This document shows, piece after piece, positions 1 through 12,120 of a stretch of DNA of 64,000 bases; position 1 is the first letter of the stretch; each line of letters opens with the position of its first letter. The position numbers and the translations under genes were made by a program. The DNA lies in assembly GCF_009914755.1 (NCBI RefSeq), contig NC_060947.1; one strand, given 5' to 3'. The notes below the pieces were generated by a model that saw only the letters and a list, made by a program, of their open reading frames with translations, was not told the origin of the DNA and ran no database searches. Source of the stretch: the human T2T-CHM13v2.0 reference genome, Homo sapiens.

Positions 1-122
1 GGAGAATCACGTGAACCCGGGAGGCAGAAGTTGCACTGAGCCAAGATCATGCCACTGCACTCTAGCCTGGGCAACAGAACAAGACTCTGTCTCAAAAAAA
101 AAAAAAAAAAAAAGAAAAAAAG
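1..122 (+). mobile_element. Alu right arm and poly(A) tail (cut by window start)
   Basis: GGAGAATCAC..GAACCCGGGAGGCAGA..GCCACTGCACTCTAGCCTGGGCAACAGA..AAGACTCTGTCTC followed by an A-tail. Confidence 0.95.
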
Positions 123-398
123 AAATAGAAAGAATGAATAAGACCTACTATTTAATAGCACAGCAGGGTGACTATAGTCAATAATAACTTAATTGTACAT
201 TTTAAAATAACTAAAAGAATATAATTGGATTGTTTATAACTCAAAGGATAAATGCTTGAGGGGATGGATACCCCATTCTCAGTGATATGTTTATTTTCTT
301 TTTTTATGCCTGTATCAAAACATGTCATGTACTGATAAATATATAAATCTACTATGAACCCACATAACTTAAAAATTAAAACAATTAAAAATAATAAC
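123..398 (+). mobile_element. L1 3' UTR fragment (L1MA1-3-like)
   Basis: AGAATGAATAAGACCTACTATTT..CAGGGTGACTATAGTCAATAATAACTTAATTGTACATTTTAAAATAAC..GGATAAATGCTTGAGGGGATGGATACCCC, A-rich end. Confidence 0.85.
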
Positions 399-401
399 AA
401 C

Positions 402-768
402 TGTGGATATCAACTTGACTGAATTAAGAAATACTTAGAAACCTGGTAAACCATTACTTTGAGTGTGTCTGTGATGGTTTTTCCAGGGGAGAGTAGTCTG
501 TGAGTCTGAATGGATTAAGACCCACTCTCAGTGCTGCCAAGAAGCATCCAATCAGCTGGGGCCCAGAGAGAACAAATACAGAAGGCAAATTTGTCTGTTT
601 CTGAGAGCTGGGACTTTTATTCTGCTGCCTTGAACATCAGAACTCCAGGCTTGTCAACATTTTTTATCCACGATTTACACCAGTGGACCCCTTGGTCTTT
701 ACACCTGGCTTCCTATGGCTTTTGACCCCAGACTGAGAGTTACATTATTGGCTTCCCTAGTGCTCAGC
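402..768 (+). mobile_element. ERVL LTR fragment, MLT2B-type (MLT2B3-like)
   Basis: TCAACTTGACTGAATTAAG..AGAAACCTGGTAAA..GTGTGTCTGTGA..CATCCAATCAGCTGGGGCCCAGAGAGAACAAA..GAACATCAGAACTCCAGG. Confidence 0.75.
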
Positions 769-1900
769 ATAAAAATGTATAAGCTTCCTTAATAAATGAA
801 GATATGCATTTGTACATCTGCATTTGTGAAAGACAAACTTTCCAGACGTCTTGGCTCTTTAGGTGACTGCATAAGTGGTAGTGGCCCAACATGGTTTTTG
901 ATCAATCTCATCAAAAGACTTACTTTGTCCACCACAGTATTTCAGAAGATCACAGTTATAAAGCTGGGTACACAAAATTACTATAATGGTTAGTATTAAG
1001 TGTCAACTTGATTGGATTGAAGGATGCAAAGTATTGTTGCTGGGTGTGTCTGTGAGGGTGTTGCTAGAGGAGAATAACTTTGGAGTCAGTGGACTGGGAG
1101 AGGCAGATCCGCCCTCAATCTGGTTGGACACCATCCAATCGGTTGCCAGCATGGCTAGGAAAAACAGGCAGAAGAAGGTGGAATTAGCAGACTTGCTGAG
1201 TCTTCTGGCCCTCATCTTTCTCTGGTGCTGGATGCTTCCTGCCCTCGAACATCAGACTCCAAGTTCTCAGGCTTTTGGACTCTTGGACTTACATCAGTGG
1301 TTTGCCAGGGGCTCTCAGGCCTTCGGCCACAGATTGAAGGCGGCACTGTTGGTGTCCCTACTTTTGAGGTTTGGGGACTCAGACTGAGCCACTACTGGCT
1401 TCCTTGTTCCTCAGCTTGCAGATGGCCTACCGTGGGACTTCACCTTGTGATGGTGTGAATCAAGTCTCCTTAATAAACTTGCCTTCATATATACACATAT
1501 CTTATTAGTTCTGTCCCTCTAGAGAACCCTGACTAATACAATTACTAACCACAGTAATATGCATTTATGCCTTTCACTTTTTGATCTATTTTTTTATAAA
1601 CAGAATTTGTCTGCTCATAACTGTTGTGTCAGTGCAACTGTTGTTAGCATACTGTTTATGCTTGCAAAGAAATGTATGTTTTTATTGTCTATTTTATTGT
1701 GTAAAGTAGTCTATAAAGTATTCTTTTGTGTTTTTATATGTTTCTCAAAAAAGTCTGCTTAAAATGTAAATAAATGTCTTTAAAAGAAAATTTTAAATCA
1801 CTCTTTATAAAACTATATTTACTGATTTTGATCTTTCAGGATTTCAACATTTGAGATTGTAGTCTTTAGGATTGTGTCTTTTGGAATTATTATCTCCCTC
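769..1900 (+). mobile_element. Ricksha (MULE/MuDR non-autonomous DNA transposon) right portion, interrupted by MLT2A2 at 982-1540
   Basis: Terminal inverted repeat GATTTTGATCTTTCAGGATTTCAACATTTGAGATTGTAGTCTTTAGGATTGTGTCTTTTGGAATTAT at ~1824-1890 resembles the Ricksha TIR; sequence is continuous across the LTR via the ATTAC TSD. Confidence 0.7.
982..1540 (+). mobile_element. Solo HERV-L LTR, MLT2A2-like
   Basis: Full-length LTR (GTGTCAACTTGATTGGATTGAAGGATGCAAAG ... CTAGAGAACCCTGACTAATACA), 5-bp TSD ATTAC at 977-981 and 1541-1545. Confidence 0.92.
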
Positions 1901-3310
1901 AGAAATAAACTCACACATTTATAGTAACTAATTTTTTACAAAGGTGTCAAGAACATAGATGGGGAAAAAACACTCTCTTCTATAAGTGGTGGTGAGAAAA
2001 GTGGATATCTACTTGCAGAAAATGAAAATAAAATTTTATCTTATACCATATACAAAAATTAACTCAAAGTGAATTAAAGACTTAAATATAAGACTTGAAA
2101 TTGTAAAACCACAAGAAGAAAAACCCAATGACATTAGTCTGTGCAATGACTTTTGCATAACACAAAAGCACAGACAATAAAATCTAAAATAGACAAATGG
2201 GATAACATCAAATGAAAATGATTCTGCATAGTAAAATAACAATTATCAAAGTGAAGAGAGAGTCCACAGAATTGGAGACAATGTTTGGAAAGCATGCATC
2301 TGATAATGAGTTAATATCCAAAATACGTAAAGAACTCAAACACCTCAATACCAAGAAAACAACCCTATTTAAAAGAAGCACAAGAGACCTGAATAGACGT
2401 CTCTCAAAAGAAGGTATACAAATAGCCAATAAGTACATGAAAAACTGCTCAGCATAACTCATTATTAAGGAAATGCAAATTAAAACCACAATTAAATATC
2501 TCCTCACTCTGGTCAGAATGGCTTTTATCGAAAAGATTAAAGATAAGTGCTGGAGAGGATTCAGAGAAAATGACACTCTTATACATTGTTGGTGGGAACA
2601 TAAATTAGTATAGCCATTATAAAAAATGGTATGGAGCTCCTCAAAAAACTAAAAACAGAGCTACAATGATCCCATTTGTGGGTGTATGTTCAAAGGAACT
2701 GAAATCAATATGTTAAGAAATATCTGCACTCCCATGTTTATTGCAGTATTGTCACAATAGCCAAAATACGGAAAAAATCTAGCTGTTTGTCAATGGGTGA
2801 ATGGATTAGAAAGTGTGGTATATATACACAGTGGGATACTATTCAGCATTAAAAAAGCAGAAATTCTTTCATTTGAAACAACATGAATTAATTTGGAGGA
2901 CATTATGCTTTCTGTGCCTAAGTGAAAAAAAAATCTCACTTCTATGTGGAAGCTAAAATAGTTAAACTCATGGAAGTAGAGAGTAGAATGATGGTCACCA
3001 GAGTCTGGGGAAAGTGGGGAGGAAGAGAATGGGCAGTTGTTGATCAAAAATTACAAAGTTTCAGATAGGAGAAATAGGTTTTGAAATCTATTTTATAACA
3101 GGGTGACTACCGTCAATAATAATGTGTTATATATTTCAAAGTAGCTAAAAGAGTACATTTCAAATGTCTCACCATAAAAATGATAGGTAAGCCAGGTGAT
3201 GAATATGTTAATTAGTTTTATTCAATCATTCCACATTGTATACATATAGCAAAACATCACATGAACCCTATAAATGTATACAATTATAATTTTTCCAATC
3301 AAAAATAAAT
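1901..3310 (+). mobile_element. L1 (L1MA5-8-like) ORF2 3' end and 3' UTR
   Basis: Decayed ORF2 C-terminus (ORF 2212-2457 ..LISKIRKELKHLN..DLNRRLSKEGIQIANKYMKNCS), L1MA-type 3' UTR, A-rich end. Confidence 0.88.
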
Positions 3311-3499
3311 TATGATAATAAAATTATCATAAATAAATTATAATACAAAGAAAATGAATAATCCACTTAGCCATATCTTGATTATCACATATGTAATAAA
3401 CAGCATTAACAAAATGTCATAGAGCATTATAAAATAACTATCTCTTTTTTGGTGTCTATATTAACACAGTCTCCTGATTTTCCCTTTGTTTATGGTCAC

Positions 3500-5300
3500 T
3501 GGTTTAGGTTTCATTGGAGGCTCAAGCACTGCTATTTGATCACTAAATGCTGGCAGGGTTTGTAAGCACTCAAGTGGGCAGTTTAGGCCATAGTGTCACA
3601 GATGGAGCTCCAGCCACAATGTATTTAGTCTCCATCAGTGCCCAAAGGGGATGTATCTGGTGGCTGCCTCAAGTAACTTATCTGCCCAAACTCCAAGAGA
3701 CTGACACACCTCAGTGGTGGTTTCCTGATGCCATGGATTCCCAACAGTATTTGTATGGGATTCCCACGAGTGTATGTATGGGATTTGAGGACACCTCCAG
3801 TTACATCAGACTAGCAGGCTCCAAACGTCTCCCAAAGGCAGCGTCTGAGTAATAGCTTGTATAATGGTCTCCAAGGCCTGGTTCTGCAAAGGGCTCCTTT
3901 CAAAACTGGCATTCAACTTGTCATAGTTCATTGTCAGTTTTCATATCTTGGACGCCTTTTTGATTGGACAAATTGGGCTGTTACATTGTGACAGGTGGTT
4001 TTTCACATGCCTGTGTGTAGCAAATCCTAAATTTAAAAAGTAATGTTCCTATTTCTTCCTTGTATGTGGTATTGCTTTTGTTGAATAACTCATTGGGGCT
4101 TGGGTAACTTATGTGGCAGGTGAAAGTGGATACAATCGATTATTGTGGTCTTAATTTTTTTGCTGGCATTAGAAATACCCCTTCAGGTGGCAGTAATATT
4201 TTGTGCAGCAAGGAGCCAGAATGTCAACATATATAATGTTCTTAGTGGTGGGAACAATGATTACCAGATTAGCAGTACTCAAAATGGCCCAAAGGGCCCC
4301 ATCTATAAAATGCATAAACACCTATCTGTCAGAGTCACTGTTTTCATGCCAACCACCACCTCCCCATCCCCCGCCAATGCCAAAGCTTAATCCTACCCTA
4401 CTGGGGAGCTAGAAATATCTTCATGAAGAAACAAGTGTCCAAGAGACCCAAAAACGTCTAAATTCCTTCTTTCTCCATTTCATACTAATAGGGGTATAGA
4501 GCCCCTAGTTCCTGGTAGATACCTGAAGAACTTGTCTTCATTCCTACCTGGGTGTTTGGCCCAAAACCTTTAAGTCTGCAATAAGCCTTCATCAAACTGA
4601 TGAAAAAAAATGAGGCTGCATTGTTCTTCATTGGCTTTGGTCTATATCTGTTCTTTCAAAACTTCATTCTCAGGAAAACAATCTATTTCAACAGTTTCAG
4701 TTTTTGCAACACCATTGGCAGTTTTGCATTGAGGGAAAACAGATCTTATTTGATGTCTGCAAGAAACATGGACTATAGGCTAGGTGGAGCTCCCTGCATG
4801 GGGGCCCCTTACTTCCCCTAGACATTACTTTTGACCCCTGGGATATCATGGGGATTGATGCTATATCTTATTCATCGCTGTGCAGCCAGAGGGAGGTCAT
4901 CGCCATAGTCTATCACCCTCTGCCTCTTATAGCCTCCCCCATCCCTGCTGCCCAGCCAGCATCAAACTGGTACAATAGGGCTAAGGAGCCATTCCATGTC
5001 TACCATATCATAGTATGTGCTACTGAAGACCCTGCTCATTGTGCAAAACAGCCAAGCAAGTGGCATTTGTTGCCTATTAACATGAACAGAAGTCTGAGCA
5101 TTTCTGTTCACTGCAGCTTGATATTGGGGTTTCCAAGGATAACACGGTACAGTTAAGCACTGGATGAAAGAATATTTAACCCACATAGAGAAGAGACACG
5201 GCAAGACCAACTTCAGTAGTGGGTATCAGCCCAGTATGGCCGGTGAGTCCCTCCTAGAAGCCAAAGCAGGGATATTGGCCTGCACACACTCCCCTTGTGC
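3500..5300 (-). mobile_element. Highly decayed ancient non-LTR retrotransposon RT relic (L4/RTE-X- or L2/CR1-like)
   Basis: Minus-strand RT motifs in the correct order and spacing: YSPCFLQTSNKI (4777-4742, ~YRPISLL), FISLMKAY (4604-4581, ~FIDLxKAF), IIYVDILA (YVDI at 4231-4220, ~YADD), then KTT and FLNLG (~FKYLG) further down; outer limits uncertain. Confidence 0.55.
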
Positions 5301-5629
5301 TGCAGCAGAAGAGCCACATTCCCCCTTGTAGGAATCAGATATAGTAGTAGGATTGGGCAAATGCCATATGACACATATTAGCAGAACAAAGGAATACATG
5401 TTGAGTCTGAAACAGAGAAAGGTATTCCCAAACAAGGTGACAAATCCGGCAGAGACTGTGAGAACTCTTTATCTCTTGGTAAGGAAGTGTTTTGGGCCCA
5501 GGGCCTACTTCTATGTAACTGAGAGGGAGTTTAAAGACTGTTTACATAAGACAGCCTTTCCATTCACTACTTGATTAAAATTCCTAACTATAGCAGACCC
5601 TCTGTCACCTTTACCTTTCTCCCCTCCTC

Positions 5630-5630
<1 letters not shown>

Positions 5631-5670
<40 letters not shown>
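5631..5670 (+). repeat. Pure A40 homopolymer
   Basis: 40 uninterrupted A residues. Confidence 0.97.
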
Positions 5671-5672
<2 letters not shown>

Positions 5673-5781
5673 ATGAAAATCAAAGTGTCCAGGCTTGGCA
5701 AATGCCATCAAGGTGAAAAGTAATTTTAGTGCCCAGATGATCTGTCTGGGTTCCTCTTTACACTTTACCATTTACACTTTT

Positions 5782-5829
5782 TTACCTTTTAATCTTTGAG
5801 TATGCTTACCATTTAATCTTTGAGTATGC
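5782..5829. repeat. 24-bp tandem duplication
   Basis: TTACC(T/A)TTTAATCTTTGAGTATGC x2. Confidence 0.85.
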
Positions 5830-6949
5830 TTTACTTTGTATTTCATCGATGCATTTATTTTTTATTTTATTCAGTATTTTAGATGTTTTTACTGAGAGTA
5901 TCATTCAGAATACATAATGTGACATGCCACTCTAAAGAGTTGACATTTGACTCCAAAACCTTTACCAAATAATTTTAAATATTTCACTTAACAGTCTTGA
6001 AAGCAAAAAATTCCTAGTTCTTATGTGTAAAAATTACTGATAGCCCTCGTGGGGTGACAGAAACTAGCAGTAACAGATCTTTCACTGAAACTCAGCTTTT
6101 CTAAATGGCACTCCTTTTATACTATTAAAGCAGAAACTTTTGATGTGGTAATTTTGATAGGATGTGCATTTTAAATCAATAACCAGTGCAAGCTGTCATC
6201 AGCAACAAAACGGTCTTATTCTTCAACTATTTATTCTAACAAGACAAAGCAGGGCACTTACTGTGACATGTATTGTAATCTTACTTATGGTCTAGAAAAA
6301 AAAACTTGAATTAAAACTCCATAAGTTAGAAGGATTAAAGTTTTAGCATATTTCACAGATAATATATGAAAGTACTCTCACATAGTACACCTCTGCCATC
6401 ATTTATCCACAAGGTGGCAATGAAAGCCTTCAAAATCAACCAATCTCATTGGGGCATAAGCAATTGGGTTGCAATCTTGATCAGATTTTAACGAGCGAGA
6501 CATATAAATAAAGGCCTACTTGCCTCTTTAATAACATGTTTTCTTAAAAGTGGCCCGTTACAAAAAAATACTGGGGACTAAAACTCCACATTTTTAAAGC
6601 ATCACAAGAACAAAGGGAACAGTAAAGCAGATAATACCAAATTGCTTAGGTTGCTTTTATTTATTTTTCTAATACTTAGAAGATCTCATTCCTGATTATA
6701 CTTGGTAAAATTTTGTCTTCTGGACATTCCCTGAATAAATAGTAGCGGTAACTGACTCATAATACCGTGATGTAGCCAAGAGTTATTCAACCTGGAACTT
6801 TCAAATCTATAGGGGATAATCCACAAAGTCTTGGCACTGTATAGTTATTCAAAGGATTGTTAACAAGTGAGCTTTCAAAACTTCATTTCTTTTCTCAATT
6901 CATCCCAGGGACTTAATCCCTCAACTGAAAGCACAAATAGAAACTTATA

Positions 6950-7100
6950 ATCATGGGATTTTAGGGATAAAAGATTCTTAAAGGCTATATAATGGAGCAT
7001 TTTTATTTTACAAGTTAGAGAACTAAAACAAAAATAAATAACATCATCAAGGCTACATACTGGCATTCCAAAACTGGGTGCCATAACAGAGTTATAGTCT
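6950..7100. mobile_element. MIR fragment
   Basis: ATTTTACAAGTTAGAGAACTAAA..CAAGGCTACATACTGG resembles the MIR core. Confidence 0.5.
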
Positions 7101-7479
7101 TTTCAGCGGATGTGGCATTTGGTCAACACCAATTATCGATGAAAGCACAATGCTGATGTGAGAGTTTTTTTTTTTTTTTTAATTATCCGTTATTGCAAGG
7201 GAGAGAAAATAAGGCTATGTCAAAATGACATCAGGAAAATAACTGGTTAATAAAGCATTAGAGTAAATGAACTCCCCACAAGGGGAAAAAATCAAGCTGG
7301 TTGCTCAGCATTTATTATGGACTTCATCACTAGTTGATGGATGCGATGTTAAAACAAATTTTTGGTGTTACTCCTTAATTAATAAAGGCAGGGTATTCAA
7401 CTACCTTACACATAGCTTATACCTGCTTTTTCAGCCTGCTAGATTTTGAATTCTATAATGACAGCGTTGCATGTACCTT

Positions 7480-7555
7480 ACTTACTAATGCATCCACAAC
7501 ATCTCAGCACATGTTGTCACATAGAAGGTGCTTAAATATCTATTGAATAAAGACC
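7480..7555 (+). mobile_element. L2 3' end fragment
   Basis: AGCACATGTTGTCACATAGAAGGTGCTTAAATATCTATTGAATAA. Confidence 0.55.
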
Positions 7556-8419
7556 AATAAGCATTTCACAATATAAAATCTATATAATGCCTATTAATTT
7601 GTCAAATAGATGACTGATTTTGACAAATATGTATACATCACTAAAAAGCATCAAATTATTACTTGTCTGCTTTGTGGTTATTATAATTAGAAATAAAATA
7701 TTATGTTTTACAATTTTCAAATGTATTAGCATTTGGTATTTGCTTAATGAAGGCCTATGTCTTCTAGAACAACTAACCTTATCGAACCTAAGAGAGTTTT
7801 AAGAATAATTTTTACTTTCTTATTTTCTCTATTATAACCCAGTTACTTTGTCAAAAATTCTCCTGAAATGTCAACAATTAAGACAGTGTTTATGTAACAT
7901 ATTTGATTGTAGGGTGAAATTCTGCCAAGGCTGTCAACAACATGATCTTTCTCTTAAAAAAAAATACGGTCTTACAGGGGAAGTAGATATGTCAGTAAGT
8001 TTAGGCTAAAGTATACAACAATTCCAAACAAGTCTCAAAATTCAATGTGTTAACATTGTAAATGTTTATTGTTCACTCCTGGCACATGTCGGTTGGGTAG
8101 CATTTGTGTGGTATTAATGGAAATACCTTATAGACCCAAGTTGACAGACTAGTCCTAATCTTGAATTTGTTCGTAGCCATGCAAAAGAGAAAAATATTTA
8201 TGGAATCACACTGGTAAATGGATGCTCTGGTCCAGAGTGACACATAATATCACTTCTGCTTACAGAAGTTCTTATGAAAATTCCAATTTTCAAGAGTTAG
8301 TCACAGAGTTCTACTCAACCACAAGGATGCCAGAAAAAACTACCAGAAGATAGAGTATAAGGAATGCTTAGTGATTCATGCTAATGACTACCCCAGTAGA
8401 AAATTTATAAGTTACAGAG

Positions 8420-8600
8420 TTCCTATGTGGCAGAGCAGAAAGTGACTTATGAAATTATTCTCAAATCCTTTATTTTATGAAAAATTTACTTATTTTATGA
8501 CCAAAAGGGAAGAAGTGATCAATTAGAGATCACATAGTTAGTGATATATAAAACTAGGTCAAAACTAAGATTTCAATCCTAAAGCTATACTCTTTCTACC
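8420..8600. mobile_element. MIR fragment
   Basis: ATTTTATGA..AAGTGATC..GAGATCACATAGTTAGTGA.. Confidence 0.45.
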
Positions 8601-11229
8601 AACTAAAATTCAACATATCAGTATATATCACCAGTCAAATTCAATGGTTTTTCAATTCTGCTAGTAAAATTTACTTTATATGGGTCATATTCACCTTTCG
8701 ACAATTTCAAAACTTCATTTCTACCTCTAATCAAACAGACTTTATTTATCCAACCCCAAATATTTAACTCCTTCAAAGCTTTCTTTTCCAATGGACAATT
8801 CCATTAATCATACTGCCCTCCTTTTAACTTCCACCAAGCTTTTGCAAATTAATAGTGTCATAAAAAATGATCACTGACTTTTTCTCCCTCCCACTGAAGC
8901 AGAATATTAGAAGTATCTTAAAGCAAAGGCAGTTATCCACATGGAACAGAAATTCCTACCGTGAAGTGCTGGAGACTTTATTTCCTTTACTGAAAACCAG
9001 AGCTACAAAGGCACCAGGTCACACCACGTGAATTAGGATGCAAAGCCAACAGCAGTAAAAGCCAGCTAGGGGGTCGCAAGTAATAAGAGTTGGACTGTTG
9101 GTTGGTGCAGTAGTAGTCTGAATCTGAATATAATCTCCGAACATCTCGGGGGTTGGCATTTGGGACAGAAATAAATTTAAAGGAACTCTTTGTTTTAATT
9201 TGCCACATACATGGAGAAAAATAGAAAGATAGAGTCTCCTGAGGCCAGAAAGTTACTGTTGGGCAGTGCATCAGGTGTTTCTATTTTCAGGTTCCCAGGG
9301 AAGGACTTATTAAACAACTATGTCAGCAGAGCCTGCAGGCCTGAAAAAGTGAATGCTTAATATACCACCCACGTAGGACTGTAGCATAGGCCTTGGGAAA
9401 AGCTGGCTCAGCATGTTTCTGTGCTGGGCTTAGGAGTTGTTTTTCTTCAGTGTACACCATCACCTGACTCTTACAGAAAGAATATGGAACAAAGTAGGCT
9501 CAATAGACTAGTTACCTTTATAGGCAACTCTACCCCACGAAATGCCTAAATTTTACTTTGTATGTATTTTCCAGTGAAGAGACAGTTTCAGAGCAATGTC
9601 CATTCTGGTTTCGCTGCCGTAGGATACAAAGGCAGTCCATAGTTTTTATTCTACTCTTGAGCCCGTTGCAGAAATACTCTTTAGGGCAAAGTTGTGTGTT
9701 ACTCTTCCCATTGCCTCTCGAGCTTGAGAGGATATTGTTTTGGATTTCATGAAAAGGTCGTAAGTGGATCAATAACACTCAGAACAGGTACATGCATAGT
9801 ATCTTCTGTGATTCTGTGATTTCTATCCTCTTTCAATCTCACCAGAGTAACTTTGTGTCTTTGCATGAGTGTCAAAGAAAGAGACGCACCAAGTTGGCCT
9901 TGACTGCTCTTTGGTAATTAACTCTTGCACAACAAGCTTCAGATGTTCTTTTGATGAATAATATTTCTGTGAGACTGGCTGCAAAAGGAGAGGTAAAATG
10001 CCTCCCTAACTCAGGTTTTCCTGATGACCCATAGCAACATGGCATAGCTGGAGTGGGATCTGCAGGCCTAATTCTAGCCAACTGTCTCCTTTGTGATTTG
10101 CTTCATTTTCATTTTGTTTGACAGTTCTGAAGCTGTGCTTTCTTACAGTCGAATGTACTGTGGCACCTAGCTGCTGACAGTAGTTTTTACTCACACAGAA
10201 AGCACAAACATACATAAGAAGAGAGTGAGTGAGAGTGAGAGCAAAAGCTAGAGAAAGAGGGGAGGAAATGTGTGAAGAATTGAAATGGCAAGTGCTATTA
10301 CCGAAGAAAATGTGTGAAAAATGGAAATGACAAAGACCGTTACTGGCTTGTTTCATCGTCACATACAAACTGAAATGGCTACAGGCAATCAGAGTGTTTG
10401 AAAGGTGACAGGACAGAAGATCTAGCTATCAAAATGCATTCACCCCATTGGAATCTTACAAAGGTTAGAATCAAAGAAATTCTGGTTGAATTCTAAGTTT
10501 ATATAGGTTACAACATCACAGTAAGAATGTCACAGAGGGGTATATGCTTTTCATCAAACAACAAATTGAAAATTTTTTAACTCTTAAGGACTGATTTTGC
10601 TTAACTACAAGTTATGCACTGATGGTAGTAGCTTCATAAATTTAGAAAAGTTCCAAAATAATGCTTAGAAAGAGTAGCTATTTAACTTCTCATTGAACAA
10701 AATTCAGTGAATTTCTTTGTATGTGGGGTGAATTCAAAATCTAAGTGAGGTAACTAAAGTATATCATACATATGAGGTGATGAATAAAGAAAAATAATTT
10801 TAAAGGAAGATATAAGTGCTGATGATAAATGAGAAGGATGGAAAGTAAACCAATATTTATTGTTATCACATATCACAATAAAAACTCCACTCTAAAACAG
10901 GATTATGGATGAAGGAATTCCCCACCTTATGAACTTATTTATATTAGAGCCACAGAAATAGCTCAAAACTATCCATTTTTATTTCATTGGTGGCTGAAAT
11001 GATGCAAGGAATGTGGCAACAAGCCCACCTGCGATTTCAATGACAATATTAGCAGGGGTACTCTAAATATCTTGGTGCAAAGAAACATTAACAACCTCTA
11101 TGACATTCTGTTGGGTATAAAAATGGAAAGTGAGATTTAATGAATACAAGCTATTGATCAGAGGTCAGTGTCTACATTGATACTGTTAATAATAATATCA
11201 AAATAACAAAAAATAAACTAACCACTACC

Positions 11230-11400
11230 ACCACTTACTGAGTTCCTACTATTTGCCAGGCACTTCTTTTTATATACATTATCTTGCAATAGCCTTATTT
11301 ATCCCTGTTTTTAAGGCTGAATAAAGTACAACTCAAAGAGGTTAAGTACCATTCCCAGAGTCTTACATAAGTAACAGAACTGGAATATGAAAAGCCTCAT
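11230..11400. mobile_element. MIR fragment
   Basis: CACTTACTGAGTTCCTACTATTTGCCAGGCAC..CAAAGAGGTTAAGTACCATTCCCAGAGTC. Confidence 0.6.
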
Positions 11401-11578
11401 GTTCTTTTAAGTGAATAAAATTTTCTCAAACTTGCATTTTTAAAATATTTTCAGGGACATATTCGTAGGTATCCCATGAAAAAAGACCCAATAAGCAAAG
11501 AGCTGTGGGGGAAAAAAGTCATACTATTGCATGAGTCTTTAAAAAAATTTCCAAGCATATTAGAAGAATAATGGTTCT

Positions 11579-11697
11579 CCATCTTCTTCATGAAGTGCTT
11601 ATTTCACATTGCATGCCTGTATCGAAACATCTCATGTACCCTATAAATATATACACCTGCTATGTACCCAAGAAAATTAAAAATAAAAAAATTAAAA
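11579..11697 (+). mobile_element. Severely 5'-truncated L1 (L1MA-type 3' end) with TSD
   Basis: ATTGCATGCCTGTATCGAAACATCTCATGTACCCTATAAATATATACACC..A-tail; TSD AAGAATAATGGTTCT (11564-11578) / AAGAGTAATTGTTCT (11698-11712). Confidence 0.85.
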
Positions 11698-11919
11698 AAG
11701 AGTAATTGTTCTAAGAAATCCCACAGTAAATAACTGACTTAAATAATAAAATACCAACCTGATTTGAACATATAATTCATTTTGCAAAAACATTTATTAG
11801 TATATTTGAAGCTGTGTTCTGAAAACCACTGATTCAGAAAATCTCATTAGTGAAATGAAACCAAAATATACACTGACCACATCATGATTTTATATCTGAA
11901 TTGCAATACACAACTTTCA

Positions 11920-12120
11920 AAGTACTTTCAAAATAATTATCTCATTTAACGCTTATAGTAATCTAAGGCAGACCTGATGGTAATGGTATTATCCTCGCTT
12001 TCCCAATCAAATATTTTCAAGTTCATTGAGGCTATGAGTTTACCAAGATCACAGCTACTAAATGGTAAAGGTGAAAGAAGAACTGTGGTCTTCCAACTTC
12101 TAGTCCAGTGTTCTTTATGT
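11920..12120. mobile_element. MIR fragment
   Basis: ATTATCTCATTTAA..GGTATTATCCTC..TTTACCAAGATCACAGCTACTAAATGGTAAAG..TCTAGTCCAGTGTTCTTT. Confidence 0.6.

Noticed and set aside
986-1387. 133-aa ORF with an ATG start
   Set aside because: Lies wholly within the MLT2A LTR; a recurrent LTR-derived frame with no domain.
3310-3332. 10-bp inverted repeat TTATGATAAT/ATTATCATAA
   Set aside because: Short, in an AT-rich L1 tail; expected by chance or local slippage.
4578-4595. Minus-strand LMKAYC resembling SUMO2/3
   Set aside because: Flanking residues do not match SUMO; better explained as a decayed RT FIDLxKAF motif.
10006-10368. 120-aa minus-strand ORF in unique DNA
   Set aside because: No recognisable domain, partly translates a GA-rich low-complexity tract, and no supporting exon structure.
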